NCBI GenBank assembly: GCA_963773065.1
Contig: CAVYZN010000032.1
Location: 192,001 to 256,000 of the forward strand
Direction: 5' to 3'
Origin: an uncultured Gammaproteobacteria bacterium
GTDB taxonomy: Bacteria; Pseudomonadota; Gammaproteobacteria; UBA9214
DNA: 64,000 nt
The translations under genes were made by a program, and so were the position numbers. Under the pieces are notes generated by a model. It worked only from the letters and a program-made list of their open reading frames with translations. It had not been told where the DNA came from and made no database searches. Positions 9,936-19,222 of this stretch are shown here, one piece after another; positions within the stretch are counted from its first letter, which is position 1; each line of letters begins with the position of its first letter.

Positions 9936-10358
9936 ATGAAGGCTCGGATTACCGTCATTACCATTGGCGTTGACGACCTGGAGCGCGCGCTTCGGTTCTA
10001 CCGCGATGGGCTTGGTTTGAAGACGGAAGGCATTGTCGGCAAGGAGTTTGCACACGGAGCGGTGGCCTTCTTCGACTTGCAGGACGGTTTGAAGCTCGCG
10101 CTCTGGCCGCGCCAGAGCATTTCCCATGATTCGGGCCTTCCTTTAGGCAGCCCGAGTCCTACCGAATTTACCCTCGGGCATAACGTCTCGTCTAAAGCGG
10201 AAGTCGACGCGGTAATGGAGCAAGCGAAAAATGTGGGCGCCGTGATCGTCAGGCCGGCTCATGACACCTTCTGGGGCGGATATGCCGGCTACTTCCAGGA
10301 TCCCGATCGGCATCTGTGGGAGGTTGTATGGAATCCCCAGTGGATCGTCGGAGATTGA
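9936..10358 (+). CDS. VOC/glyoxalase family protein
   Basis: ITIGVDDLERALRFY...FWGGYAGYFQDPDRHLWEV. Confidence 0.9.
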   Translation: MKARITVITIGVDDLERALRFYRDGLGLKTEGIVGKEFAHGAVAFFDLQDGLKLALWPRQSISHDSGLPLGSPSPTEFTLGHNVSSKAEVDAVMEQAKNVGAVIVRPAHDTFWGGYAGYFQDPDRHLWEVVWNPQWIVGD

Positions 10359-10458
10359 ATAACCCGGGTCGGTTACAGCATCCTCTGGGGGCTGCGACGC
10401 CCCGCGATGCCGTGATCGTCGACAGGCTCCGGTAACCGGCCGGACAACCAACACGCGT

Positions 10459-10932
10459 ATGACTGTTCATAGCGGCGGAATTCTATTATTCAGGTACCGA
10501 GCCGGCCGGCTACAGGTGATGCTCGTGCATCCGGGAGGACCGTTTTGGGCAAAGAAAGACGAAGGCGCGTGGTCTATACCGAAGGGTTTGTTTGAAGAGA
10601 ACGAAGGGCCGTTGGAAGCCGCAAAGAGGGAATTTGCCGAGGAAACCGGGTTTGCTGCGGAGGGGGAGTTCATCGCGCTTGGCGAATTAACGCAGCCGAG
10701 TAATAAAATAGTCCACGCATGGGCTCTGGAAAGCGATTTGGACACAACAGAGATAAAGAGCAATACGTTCACTCTGGAATGGCCACCAAATTCGGGTCAT
10801 GTCGAAGACTACCCGGAGATCGATAAGGGTCAATGGTTCGATATCGATGCAGCTAAAAAGAAAATCACGAAGGGTCAGGTTGGATTCATAGACCGGCTGA
10901 TCGATAGCCTGAAGGCCACTTCGAAATATTGA
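10459..10932 (+). CDS. NUDIX hydrolase
   Basis: Nudix box WSIPKG...AAKREFAEETG. Confidence 0.9.
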   Translation: MTVHSGGILLFRYRAGRLQVMLVHPGGPFWAKKDEGAWSIPKGLFEENEGPLEAAKREFAEETGFAAEGEFIALGELTQPSNKIVHAWALESDLDTTEIKSNTFTLEWPPNSGHVEDYPEIDKGQWFDIDAAKKKITKGQVGFIDRLIDSLKATSKY

Positions 10933-11095
10933 GATATCTCCTGCAGGCGCAGGCTTGCTCGCTCCTGCGAAAGATTCGGTACGAATTTTCGTGAGCCCGG
11001 CAGTATCCCGGATTGAAACACAAAATATTTTATTTGCGAGTGATCGTGAACAGGCATATCGTGCATGCGGTTTAACTATTTCAAGGAGGGCTGTC

Positions 11096-12454
11096 ATGTC
11101 ATTACGCAAATGGTTTGGCGTGCTCAACGCGTGCACGCTCGTCGCCGTGGTGTCCCTGCCGGGCACGGCACAGGCCGTGCCGAGTTATGCCCGGCAAACC
11201 GGGATGCCCTGCGCGGGGTGTCACACCACCCCGCCGGAGCTGACGCCGTTCGGACGCAATTTCAAGATTAACGGTTACACCCTGACCGGCATGCAGCAGA
11301 TCGAAGCCGAAAGCAAGGGTACCGGGGCAGGACTGAAGATCAGTGAAGTGCCGCCCCTGTCGGCGATGCTGCTCACCTCGTTCACCCGCACCAGCAAGAA
11401 CCAGCCGGATACGCAGAACAACGATACTTCCTTCCCGCAGGAGCTAAGCCTGTTCTTTGCCGGCGAGATCACCCCGCATATCGGCTCGTTCCTGCAGCTC
11501 ACCTACGCCCAGGAGAGTGACAACTTCAGCCTCGACAATACCGACATCCGCTACGCGAATCACACGACGCTCGCCGACAAGGACACCGTCTACGGTGTGA
11601 CGCTCAACAACAGCCCGACCGTGGAAGATCCCTGGAACACCACCCCGGTCTGGGGCTACCCGTTTATAACATCCGATGTGGCGCCGTCGCCGGCGGCGGC
11701 CCCGCTGGTCAGCGATGCCCTCGCCCAGCAGGTCGCCGGCCTGGGTGGCTATACGTTCTGGAACGACCATCTGTATGCGGACCTGACAGTGTACCGTTCC
11801 GCGCACCTCCTGGGCAGCGGCCCGGGTGGCGCCCCCAGTGGCGACCCCACTAATCCTAGCGAGAATACCATCAAGAATGTATCGCCCTACTGGCGGCTGG
11901 CCTGGGAGCAGAAACTCGGCGAGAATAATCTCGAGGTCGGCACCTTCGGGCTGTGGTCGGAACTCTATCCACTAGGCATCTCGGGCAGGACCGACAAATA
12001 CACGGACCTCGCGCTCGACAGCCAGTTTGAACACCCCATGGGGGACAACATGCTCACGCTGCGCGGCACCTATATCCATCAGAACGCGAGTCTGGATGGT
12101 TCCGTTCAAGACGGTTTGGCCGCCAGCGACTCGAATACGCTCGACACCCTGAATCTCAATGGAACCTATCACCTGGGGACAAGCGCGGCATTTTCCATCG
12201 GGGGGTTCAATACGACGGGTGACAAGGACGAGCTGCTTTACGCGCCCGCTTCACTCGATGGCAGCGCCAATGGCAGTCCGGACAGTCGTGGCTATATACT
12301 GCAGGCGACCTATCTGCCATGGCAGAACACGCAGTTCACGCTGGAGTACGTCGGCTACAGCAAGTTCAACGGCAGTGATCATAACTACGACGGCAGCGGG
12401 CGCGACGCCTCCGATAACAATACGCTGTACCTCGCAGCCTGGCTGGTCTGGTAA
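11096..12454 (+). CDS. Cyc2-like monoheme cytochrome c/outer-membrane porin fusion
   Basis: Signal peptide, then AVPSYARQTGMPCAGCHTTPPELTPFGRNFKINGY; beta-strand-rich C-terminus ending in W; RBS AAGGAGG. Confidence 0.8.
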   Translation: MSLRKWFGVLNACTLVAVVSLPGTAQAVPSYARQTGMPCAGCHTTPPELTPFGRNFKINGYTLTGMQQIEAESKGTGAGLKISEVPPLSAMLLTSFTRTSKNQPDTQNNDTSFPQELSLFFAGEITPHIGSFLQLTYAQESDNFSLDNTDIRYANHTTLADKDTVYGVTLNNSPTVEDPWNTTPVWGYPFITSDVAPSPAAAPLVSDALAQQVAGLGGYTFWNDHLYADLTVYRSAHLLGSGPGGAPSGDPTNPSENTIKNVSPYWRLAWEQKLGENNLEVGTFGLWSELYPLGISGRTDKYTDLALDSQFEHPMGDNMLTLRGTYIHQNASLDGSVQDGLAASDSNTLDTLNLNGTYHLGTSAAFSIGGFNTTGDKDELLYAPASLDGSANGSPDSRGYILQATYLPWQNTQFTLEYVGYSKFNGSDHNYDGSGRDASDNNTLYLAAWLVW

Positions 12455-12588
12455 TGGGGTGTCCGGGGGGCGGGCCGCAATGGCTCGCCCCTTGAATCGC
12501 AGGTTACCCCGACGTCTGTTGAATCCTTACGCGTGACGTCCGCGCTGCTGTCATGGCGCGGGGATCCAACCCAACAGAGGGAGACAAG

Positions 12589-13227
12589 ATGAAGATCGGG
12601 CGGGTTGCATTGTTGCTGGCAGTTCTGGAGTTGGCGGGAATGACAGCATGGATACCGGTGGCGCAGGCCGGAGAAGGCAACGAAGCCGAATTGAAGCGCC
12701 AGCTTGAAGAGGTTCAGCAGCAGCTCCACGAACTCGAGCTCAAGGTGCAGCGTATGGAGACGGAGCGCCGCGCCGCACAGGCGCCGTCTCCGGCGGCAGT
12801 TCCGGTGCCCATCGTGAGCCCAACGGCCGGCAACCCGCCGCCCCCCGCGCCGGCGGCTCCGGTTGGGACCGGAGCGGCGCCCATGCCGTCATCGACGGTA
12901 GTCCCGGCCGCCGCGGTCCCATCGACCGGCAGTCAGCCTTCCCCCGCACCGGTGCGGGTGGAAGCTTGGACATCCCCGTCGCCGGCCGCCGTGCCTGAAG
13001 CGTTCCAGTGGCGCGAGACGCTCAAGGACCAGTGGCATAGCGTCAAGGCCGGTATGAGCGGTGTGGAAATCAGGGGACTGCTGGGAACGCCGTCACGCGA
13101 GTTCACACTCGACGGAAAACCCGTGTGGTACTACTCCTACCCCGGCATCGGCAATGGCTCGGTGCTGTTCAGCCGGGACGGCCACACCGTGGCGGGTTGG
13201 CAGCACCCGCCGTTCGGGTTATGGTGA
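12589..13227 (+). CDS. Secreted protein with coiled coil, Pro/Ala linker and SmpA/OmlA-like C-terminal domain
   Basis: Signal peptide; VKAGMSGVEIRGLLGTPS...VWYY. Confidence 0.6.
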   Translation: MKIGRVALLLAVLELAGMTAWIPVAQAGEGNEAELKRQLEEVQQQLHELELKVQRMETERRAAQAPSPAAVPVPIVSPTAGNPPPPAPAAPVGTGAAPMPSSTVVPAAAVPSTGSQPSPAPVRVEAWTSPSPAAVPEAFQWRETLKDQWHSVKAGMSGVEIRGLLGTPSREFTLDGKPVWYYSYPGIGNGSVLFSRDGHTVAGWQHPPFGLW

Positions 13228-13439
13228 ACGACACAAAAACCTTGGGGTTACCCGCTTACTGGATCACGATCATCAACTCGCTGTTGCCGCGGATGATATT
13301 CAACAACAGGCCGTTGGGGTTGCTATTCTGGCGGCTTGCCATGGCGCTCGGCGAACGCGCAGCCTGACCGCACTCACACGGACCGCGTCTCAACATCGTG
13401 CCGCCACCGCAAAACCGAACCGCGAATGAGGACACGGGT

Positions 13440-14129
13440 ATGCATCATTTCGAACGCCATTATAGTCAACGGGCCGGCTGGCTGCGCGCCGCGGTATTGG
13501 GAGCGAATGACGGGATCGTTTCTACCGCCAGCCTGGTCTTGGGCGTCGCCGCCGCCAACGCGGACCGCACCGACATCTTACTTGTCGGCGTTGCCGGACT
13601 TATGGCGGGTGCGATGTCGATGGCGGCGGGCGAATACGTCTCGGTGAGTTCGCAAGCCGACACCGAGGAAGCCGATCTGGCGCGCGAGCGCAAGGAACTC
13701 GGATCCAATGAAGCATTGGAGCGCGAAGAACTGGCAGGCATCTATGTGGACAGAGGCATCGACGCGGATCTGGCGAAACAGGTCGCCGCACAGTTGATGG
13801 CGCATGATGCCCTGGCCGCTCACGCCCGGGATGAACTGGGCCTGACGGAAATGCACAGGGCGCGCCCCATCCAGGCGGCTATGGCATCGGCCGCAAGTTT
13901 CGCCGCGGGCGCGGTGATACCGGTATTGCTGGTCGCCCGCGCACCGCTGTCGGGTATAGCCGCGATGGTCGCCGGTGGTTCGCTGGTGCTGCTGGCCTTT
14001 CTCGGCGGTTTGGCCGCGAGAGCCGGGGGTGCCAGCGAGCTTATCGGCGCCGTGCGGGTCACTTTCTGGGGCGCGCTTGCCATGGGACTCACCGCGGCCG
14101 TCGGTGCTTATTTCGGGACGAATGTCTAG
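13440..14129 (+). CDS. VIT1/CCC1 family Fe/Mn transporter
   Basis: LRAAVLGANDGIVS, AGAMSMAAGEYVSVSSQ. Confidence 0.92.
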   Translation: MHHFERHYSQRAGWLRAAVLGANDGIVSTASLVLGVAAANADRTDILLVGVAGLMAGAMSMAAGEYVSVSSQADTEEADLARERKELGSNEALEREELAGIYVDRGIDADLAKQVAAQLMAHDALAAHARDELGLTEMHRARPIQAAMASAASFAAGAVIPVLLVARAPLSGIAAMVAGGSLVLLAFLGGLAARAGGASELIGAVRVTFWGALAMGLTAAVGAYFGTNV

Positions 14130-14294
14130 GCCGCGCGAGGTAGCGGAAAAATCACCCGGGATTCCGTGAGCCGCCTGGGGAAGATAAAAAGCGCCCGGCA
14201 GGGGCAGTTCACTATTGACGACCGGGACAGCAGTACGCCCTACATCAAGAAGGTGCGTGTCGTCTCGACGGTTGAGTACTACCTGTCCGACTAG
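14130..14294 (+). pseudogene. C-terminal fragment of a SIMPL (DUF541) protein
   Basis: Reads LGKIKSARQGQFTIDDRDSSTPYIKKVRVVSTVEYYLSD* with no 5' part. Confidence 0.6.
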
Positions 14295-14401
14295 GTGGGG
14301 CAATGAACATGCGGTTTCTTTTGCATCGCCGGACGCTTAATATCGGCATGTCGTTAATTACCGGACCGGGTTCTGACTGTCCAACCTATCAAGGAGGGGA
14401 A

Positions 14402-14632
14402 ATGAAAGCATTAGCGCAGGCATGTTTTTGGCTGGGAATACTCTCGATACCGGCCTCGTGGGCGATTTGGTATATCGGTCCTGAACTCGGTCGACAGGTG
14501 ATGGAGGGTATAACGGATCCTTTGTTGAAAGCGGCCTTGCAGGAGGCCCACTCGGAGCGCTTCGGCCTCTATGTCGGTCTGTGGGCGCCGACACTGCTGA
14601 TATTGAGCACTATTCTCGAAAAGAAGGGCTAG
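14402..14632 (+). CDS. Small membrane protein
   Basis: RBS AAGGAGG, two TM segments, GLYVGLWAPT. Confidence 0.6.
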   Translation: MKALAQACFWLGILSIPASWAIWYIGPELGRQVMEGITDPLLKAALQEAHSERFGLYVGLWAPTLLILSTILEKKG

Positions 14633-14812
14633 CGGGATAATCGTCGTGAGGGGCGGGAGCCTGTCTGGGAGCACTCTTGCACGATCTTTCCGACCGCCAT
14701 CCCTGTGGGGAGAGACCGACTCGGCCACGTCGCCGTCGCGATTCGCGCCCGTGAACCGAGCGGTCTCTCCCTCACCCGGCGAATCAACCATCCACCCTCG
14801 TAGACATTCCGT

Positions 14813-15100
14813 ATGAGCGAGGCCGTGCAGCTATTCATGCTGTTTCTGGCCTGGCTGGCCATCGCCCTCGGGTGTCACGCGACCATCCGGAATTATTACC
14901 TCGCCTCGTTTACGGCGGCCTGCGCCATGGTGGCGGTGTTGCAATTGGCGAGTTATCTCCAGACCGGGAGACCGGACCCGCTCTGGCCGCTGTCATCCCT
15001 GGTCGGTTTCTGCCTGGCGGGCATCGTGGCGCTGGCGGCCGGGCTGCCGTTTCGGGTCAGGCGGATCATCCGGGACCATCACGAGAACGACAGCATCTGA
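14813..15100 (+). CDS. Small membrane protein
   Basis: 95 aa hydrophobic ORF. Confidence 0.5.
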   Translation: MSEAVQLFMLFLAWLAIALGCHATIRNYYLASFTAACAMVAVLQLASYLQTGRPDPLWPLSSLVGFCLAGIVALAAGLPFRVRRIIRDHHENDSI

Positions 15101-15241
15101 TACCACGACCGGGGACACTATCAGGTACGCTGTGGCCGTTCACGCGTGGGACGGTTTCTGGCTGTTCCGGCCGGATCCGAAATCCCGTCACACGCGTAGC
15201 ATGTCCAAGCTCGTCCTGTCTGGCTGCCAGCGTCCCCTCGT

Positions 15242-16420
15242 ATGACCCTCCCCAGGGGCATCTGGGCGCTTGGCCTGGTCAGCGCGTTCATGGACATCTC
15301 CTCGGAGATGATCCATGGCCTGTTGCCGGTCTTCCTGGTGACGGTGATCGGCGCCGGCGCGACCAGCATCGGCCTGATCGAAGGCGCCGGCGAGGGGCTT
15401 GCCCTGATCACCCGGGTGTTCTCGGGCTATCTCAGCGACCGGCTGGAAAGGCGCAAGGGCCTGATCGTATCCGGTTACCTGCTCGGCACGCTGACCAAGC
15501 CGCTGTTCGCCCTGGCCGCCGGCGTGGGTCTGGTATTCACCGCGCGGCTTCTCGACCGGTTCGGCAAGGGCCTGCGCGGCGCGCCCCGGGATGCCCTGAT
15601 CGCCGAACTGGCGCCGCCGCATCAATGGGGTTCGGCCTACGGTCTGCGACAGGCGCTCGATTCCGTCGGCGCCTTTCTCGGGCCGCTGCTGGCGGTCGCG
15701 ATCATGACGCTGACGGGGGGTGATTATCGCGCCGTATTCTGGCTGGCGGGACTGCCCGGCGTCATCGCGGTCGCCATTCTGGTTTTCCGGGTGCATGAAC
15801 CCGCCGGGCGTGCGGTCGAAGCCGGCACGCTTGCCAGTCAACGCCACCGACATCCGCCGCCTGGACCGGGCCTACTGGCTGGTCCTCGCCGTGGGTGTCG
15901 TGTTCTCCCTGGCGCGTTTCAGCGAGGCCTTCCTGCTGTTGCGCGCCGAAGCCGTCGGCCTGTCGCCCAACCTGGTGCCGCTCGTGCTGGTGATCATCAG
16001 CCTGGTCTATGCTCTGGGCGCCTATCCAGTGGGGCGGCTTTCCGACCGGATCGGGCGCCTGCGCCTGCTGAGCGCGGGTCTCGCCTTTCTGATCGTCGCC
16101 GATCTGATCCTCGCCGGCGCCACCGGCGTGTTGGAGGTGGCGGCGGGCGCGGCATTGTGGGGATTGCACCTGGCGTTTACCCAGGGTTTGTTTGCCGCCC
16201 TGGTGGCGGACACCTCCGCGGCCACGGTCAGGGGGACCGCCTTCGGCGTGTATGGTCTGGTGACCGGTGTGGCCGTGCTGCTGGCGAGCGTGCTGGCCGG
16301 CTGGTTGTGGGATCGCTACGGCGCGCCGGCCACCTTTCTTGCCGGCGCGCTGTTCTCACTGCTGGCGCTGGCGGGTTTTGAGGCTCTGCGGCGATGTACA
16401 GGGAAGTACAAGTGTCGCGG
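15242..16420 (+). CDS. MFS transporter (frameshift near 15830; 3' end uncertain)
   Basis: DISSEMIH, DRFGKGLRGAPRDALI, GRLSDRIGR across two frames. Confidence 0.8.
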
Positions 16421-16580
16421 AAGGCACGACTGCAGGGATGCAGGAGGTAGGCAAGTACCAAAAGAGGTAGACGCAGGAGCAGTTACCGAGGAAGCCGTGA
16501 GCGACCGGATCCGGGATCCCGGTGAGAAATCCGGCTGGCCGGTCTTGGCGGCGGTGATGATGGCGACAGAATGGCCGGCA

Positions 16581-17240
16581 TCATTGCCTGATCATCACGG
16601 GGGTGCTCTCGATGCCCTGCTGGCGCAGCAGCGTACGGGCCTGGTTGAGTGCGCTGAAATCGCGATAGGGGCCCACGCGCACACGGTGGTAGGTGTCCTT
16701 GTTGTTGATGGTGATCTTCTGGACGCTGGTTTCAAGGCCAAGCAGCGTGAGCCTGGCCCGGAACTGGTCGGCCTGCGCCAGACTGCGGAAGGATCCGGTC
16801 TGCAGGAAGTAGGTTCCTCTGGCCTGTGCCGCCGGTTTGGCGTCCGCTTCGCGCTGGAGCAAGCCGGCGGCGGGCTTTTCCTGCGGCTTGACGGCGTCCT
16901 GCCCGGTCTTGCCGCTGATTTCCTCCTCCGGAATGACGACCTCCATTTCCGGGAGGATGGTATAGAAGTCGAAGCGCGGCTTGGGTGGTGACGGGGCGGC
17001 GGTCTTTTCTTCCTCCTTCACCTCCTTGGGGGTGGCGGCCGCAGCCGGCGGCTCCGTGGTCTCGGGCATGAAGGCAGGCGCCGCGGCTTGCTGCTGCGGC
17101 GTCTGCGGGGCCAGCAGCTTGAGGTAGACGATGGCGGCGGCAAACAGCCCGATCAGCAGCCCCGCGAACATGCCCAGCCAGGGCGAGACCGGCTTGCGCT
17201 GGCGCCGGTGGATGACGTGGTACTTGTAATCCCTGGGCAT
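16581..17240 (-). CDS. SPOR-domain cell division protein (FtsN-like)
   Basis: MPRDY, TM segment, FDFYTILPE, LQTGSF, HRVRVGPY; downstream of argS. Confidence 0.85.
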   Translation of the reverse strand: MPRDYKYHVIHRRQRKPVSPWLGMFAGLLIGLFAAAIVYLKLLAPQTPQQQAAAPAFMPETTEPPAAAATPKEVKEEEKTAAPSPPKPRFDFYTILPEMEVVIPEEEISGKTGQDAVKPQEKPAAGLLQREADAKPAAQARGTYFLQTGSFRSLAQADQFRARLTLLGLETSVQKITINNKDTYHRVRVGPYRDFSALNQARTLLRQQGIESTPVMIRQ

Positions 17241-19001
17241 TACATGGCATCCGGCGTGGATACGCCAAGCAGTTGCAGTCCGTTGGCGATGACCTGGCGG
17301 GTCGCCTCGATCAGGTTGAGGCGCGCATTGCGCAGCGCGTCATCGGCGACCAGGAAGGTGTGCGCGTTGTAGTAGGTATGGAAATCATAGGCGAGTTCGC
17401 GCAGGTAGTGCGTCAGCAGATGCGGTTCATGATTGAGCGCGGCGGTCTCGACCACTTCCGGATAGCGCGACAGGTTGATCATCAGTTGCTGTTCATGGGT
17501 CTCACCCAGCAATGCCAGGTGGCGCTCGCCCAGCGCCCGGTCCCAGCGGTAGCCCTTGTCGGTGAGTTGCCGGAAGACGCTCATCACGCGCGCATGGGCG
17601 TACTGGACGTAATAGACCGGGTTGTCGCTCGACTGCGACTTGGCGAGATCCAGATCGAAGTCCATGTGCTGCTCGCACTTGCGCATGACATAGAAGAAGC
17701 GCGCCGCATCGTTGCCGACTTCCTGCCGCAGTTCTCGCAGGGTGACGAATTCACCGGAGCGCGTCGACATCTGCGCCTTGGCCCCGCCGCGGTAGAGCAC
17801 CGCGAACTGCACCAGCAGCACATCGAGCCTGGCGGGATCGTCACCGAGCGCCTTAAGGGCCGCCTTGACGCGCGGCACGTAGCCATGATGGTCCGCGCCC
17901 CAGATATCGATCACCCGCGCGTAGCCCCGCTCCAGCTTGTTCGCGTGGTAGGCGATGTCGGAGGCGAAATAGGTCTTCTGGCCGTTCTCGCGGATGATGA
18001 CGCGGTCTTTCTCGTCGCCGTAATCGGTGGAGCGGAACCACAGCGCGCCATTCTGCCACATAGGTATGGCCGCTGTGCTCGAGCCGCGCGATCACCTTTT
18101 CCACGGCGCCGTTTTCCGCGAGCGAGCGCTCCGAGAACCATTCATCGTAGACGACGCCGAACTCCTTAAGGTCCTGGCGGATGTTGTGCAGGATGGCGTT
18201 AAGCCCGGCGTCGAAGACCAGGCGATAGTCCTCCCGCCCAAGCAGCGCCTGTACGCGGGCGATCACGCCGTCGATGTGGGTTTCCTTGTCGCCGCCCGCC
18301 GGTTCATCCGCCGGGACGCCGGCGAATACTTCGGCGGCCGGGCGGCGCAGGCGCTCGCCCTGTTCACGGTGGATGGTGGCGCCGATGTCCCAGACGTAGT
18401 CGCCCTGGTAGCCGTTGGCCGGAAACGGGACGTCCTCCCCGCACAACTCGAGGTAGCGCAGGTAGACGCTCGCCGCCAGGATGTCCATCTGGCGCCCGGC
18501 GTCATTGACGTAGTATTCACGGTGCACGCGGTAGCCGACGGCCTCGAGCAGGTCGGCCACCGCGGCGCCATACGCCGCGCCGCGCCCGTGACCCACGTGC
18601 AGCGGCCCGGTCGGGTTGGCGGAAACGAATTCGACCTGGATGCGCTGTCCCGCGCCGAGGCTGCAGCGGCCGTAACGTGACGCCTGTTCCAGGATCGCGC
18701 CGATGACGGTCCGGTAGGCGCCCGGGCCGAGGAAAAAGTTGATGAAGCCCGGGCCGGCGATTTCAACCCGTTCGATGTGTGCGTCGGCCGCGATGGCGGC
18801 CACGAGGCGTTCGGCCAGCTCGCGTGGTTTGCAGCGCGCCGCCTTGGCGAGCGTCAGCGCCAGGTTGGAGGCGAAGTCGCCGTGTTCGCGCTCGCGCGCG
18901 CGCTCCACCAGGATGACGGGCGAAACGTCCCCGGGAAGCGCGCCGTCGCGCTGCAGTTTGGCGACGGCGTCAGCCAGGATCTTCGCTATGTGTTCTTTCA
19001 C
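17240..19001 (-). CDS. argS: Arginyl-tRNA synthetase (frameshift near 18060)
   Basis: [36 protein letters not shown]. Confidence 0.95.
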
Positions 19002-19222
19002 GGGTGGCGCACTGCTATGGGTGTGTTGATTCTGATAATTAAAACCTGCCGCAAGGTCGCTAAGAAACGCTGTAGCGCAATGTCGCGGAAGATTATTGCG
19101 GATGCTCCGCGGCTTTGGGCCGTACCGGAGTCGAGTACGCGACCTTCGCGTCCGCGCGGTGAATAAAGCCGGTTAAACGGGCAGCCTATTATCCCCTGCG
19201 ACCGCGATCTTGCAAGCCGTGA

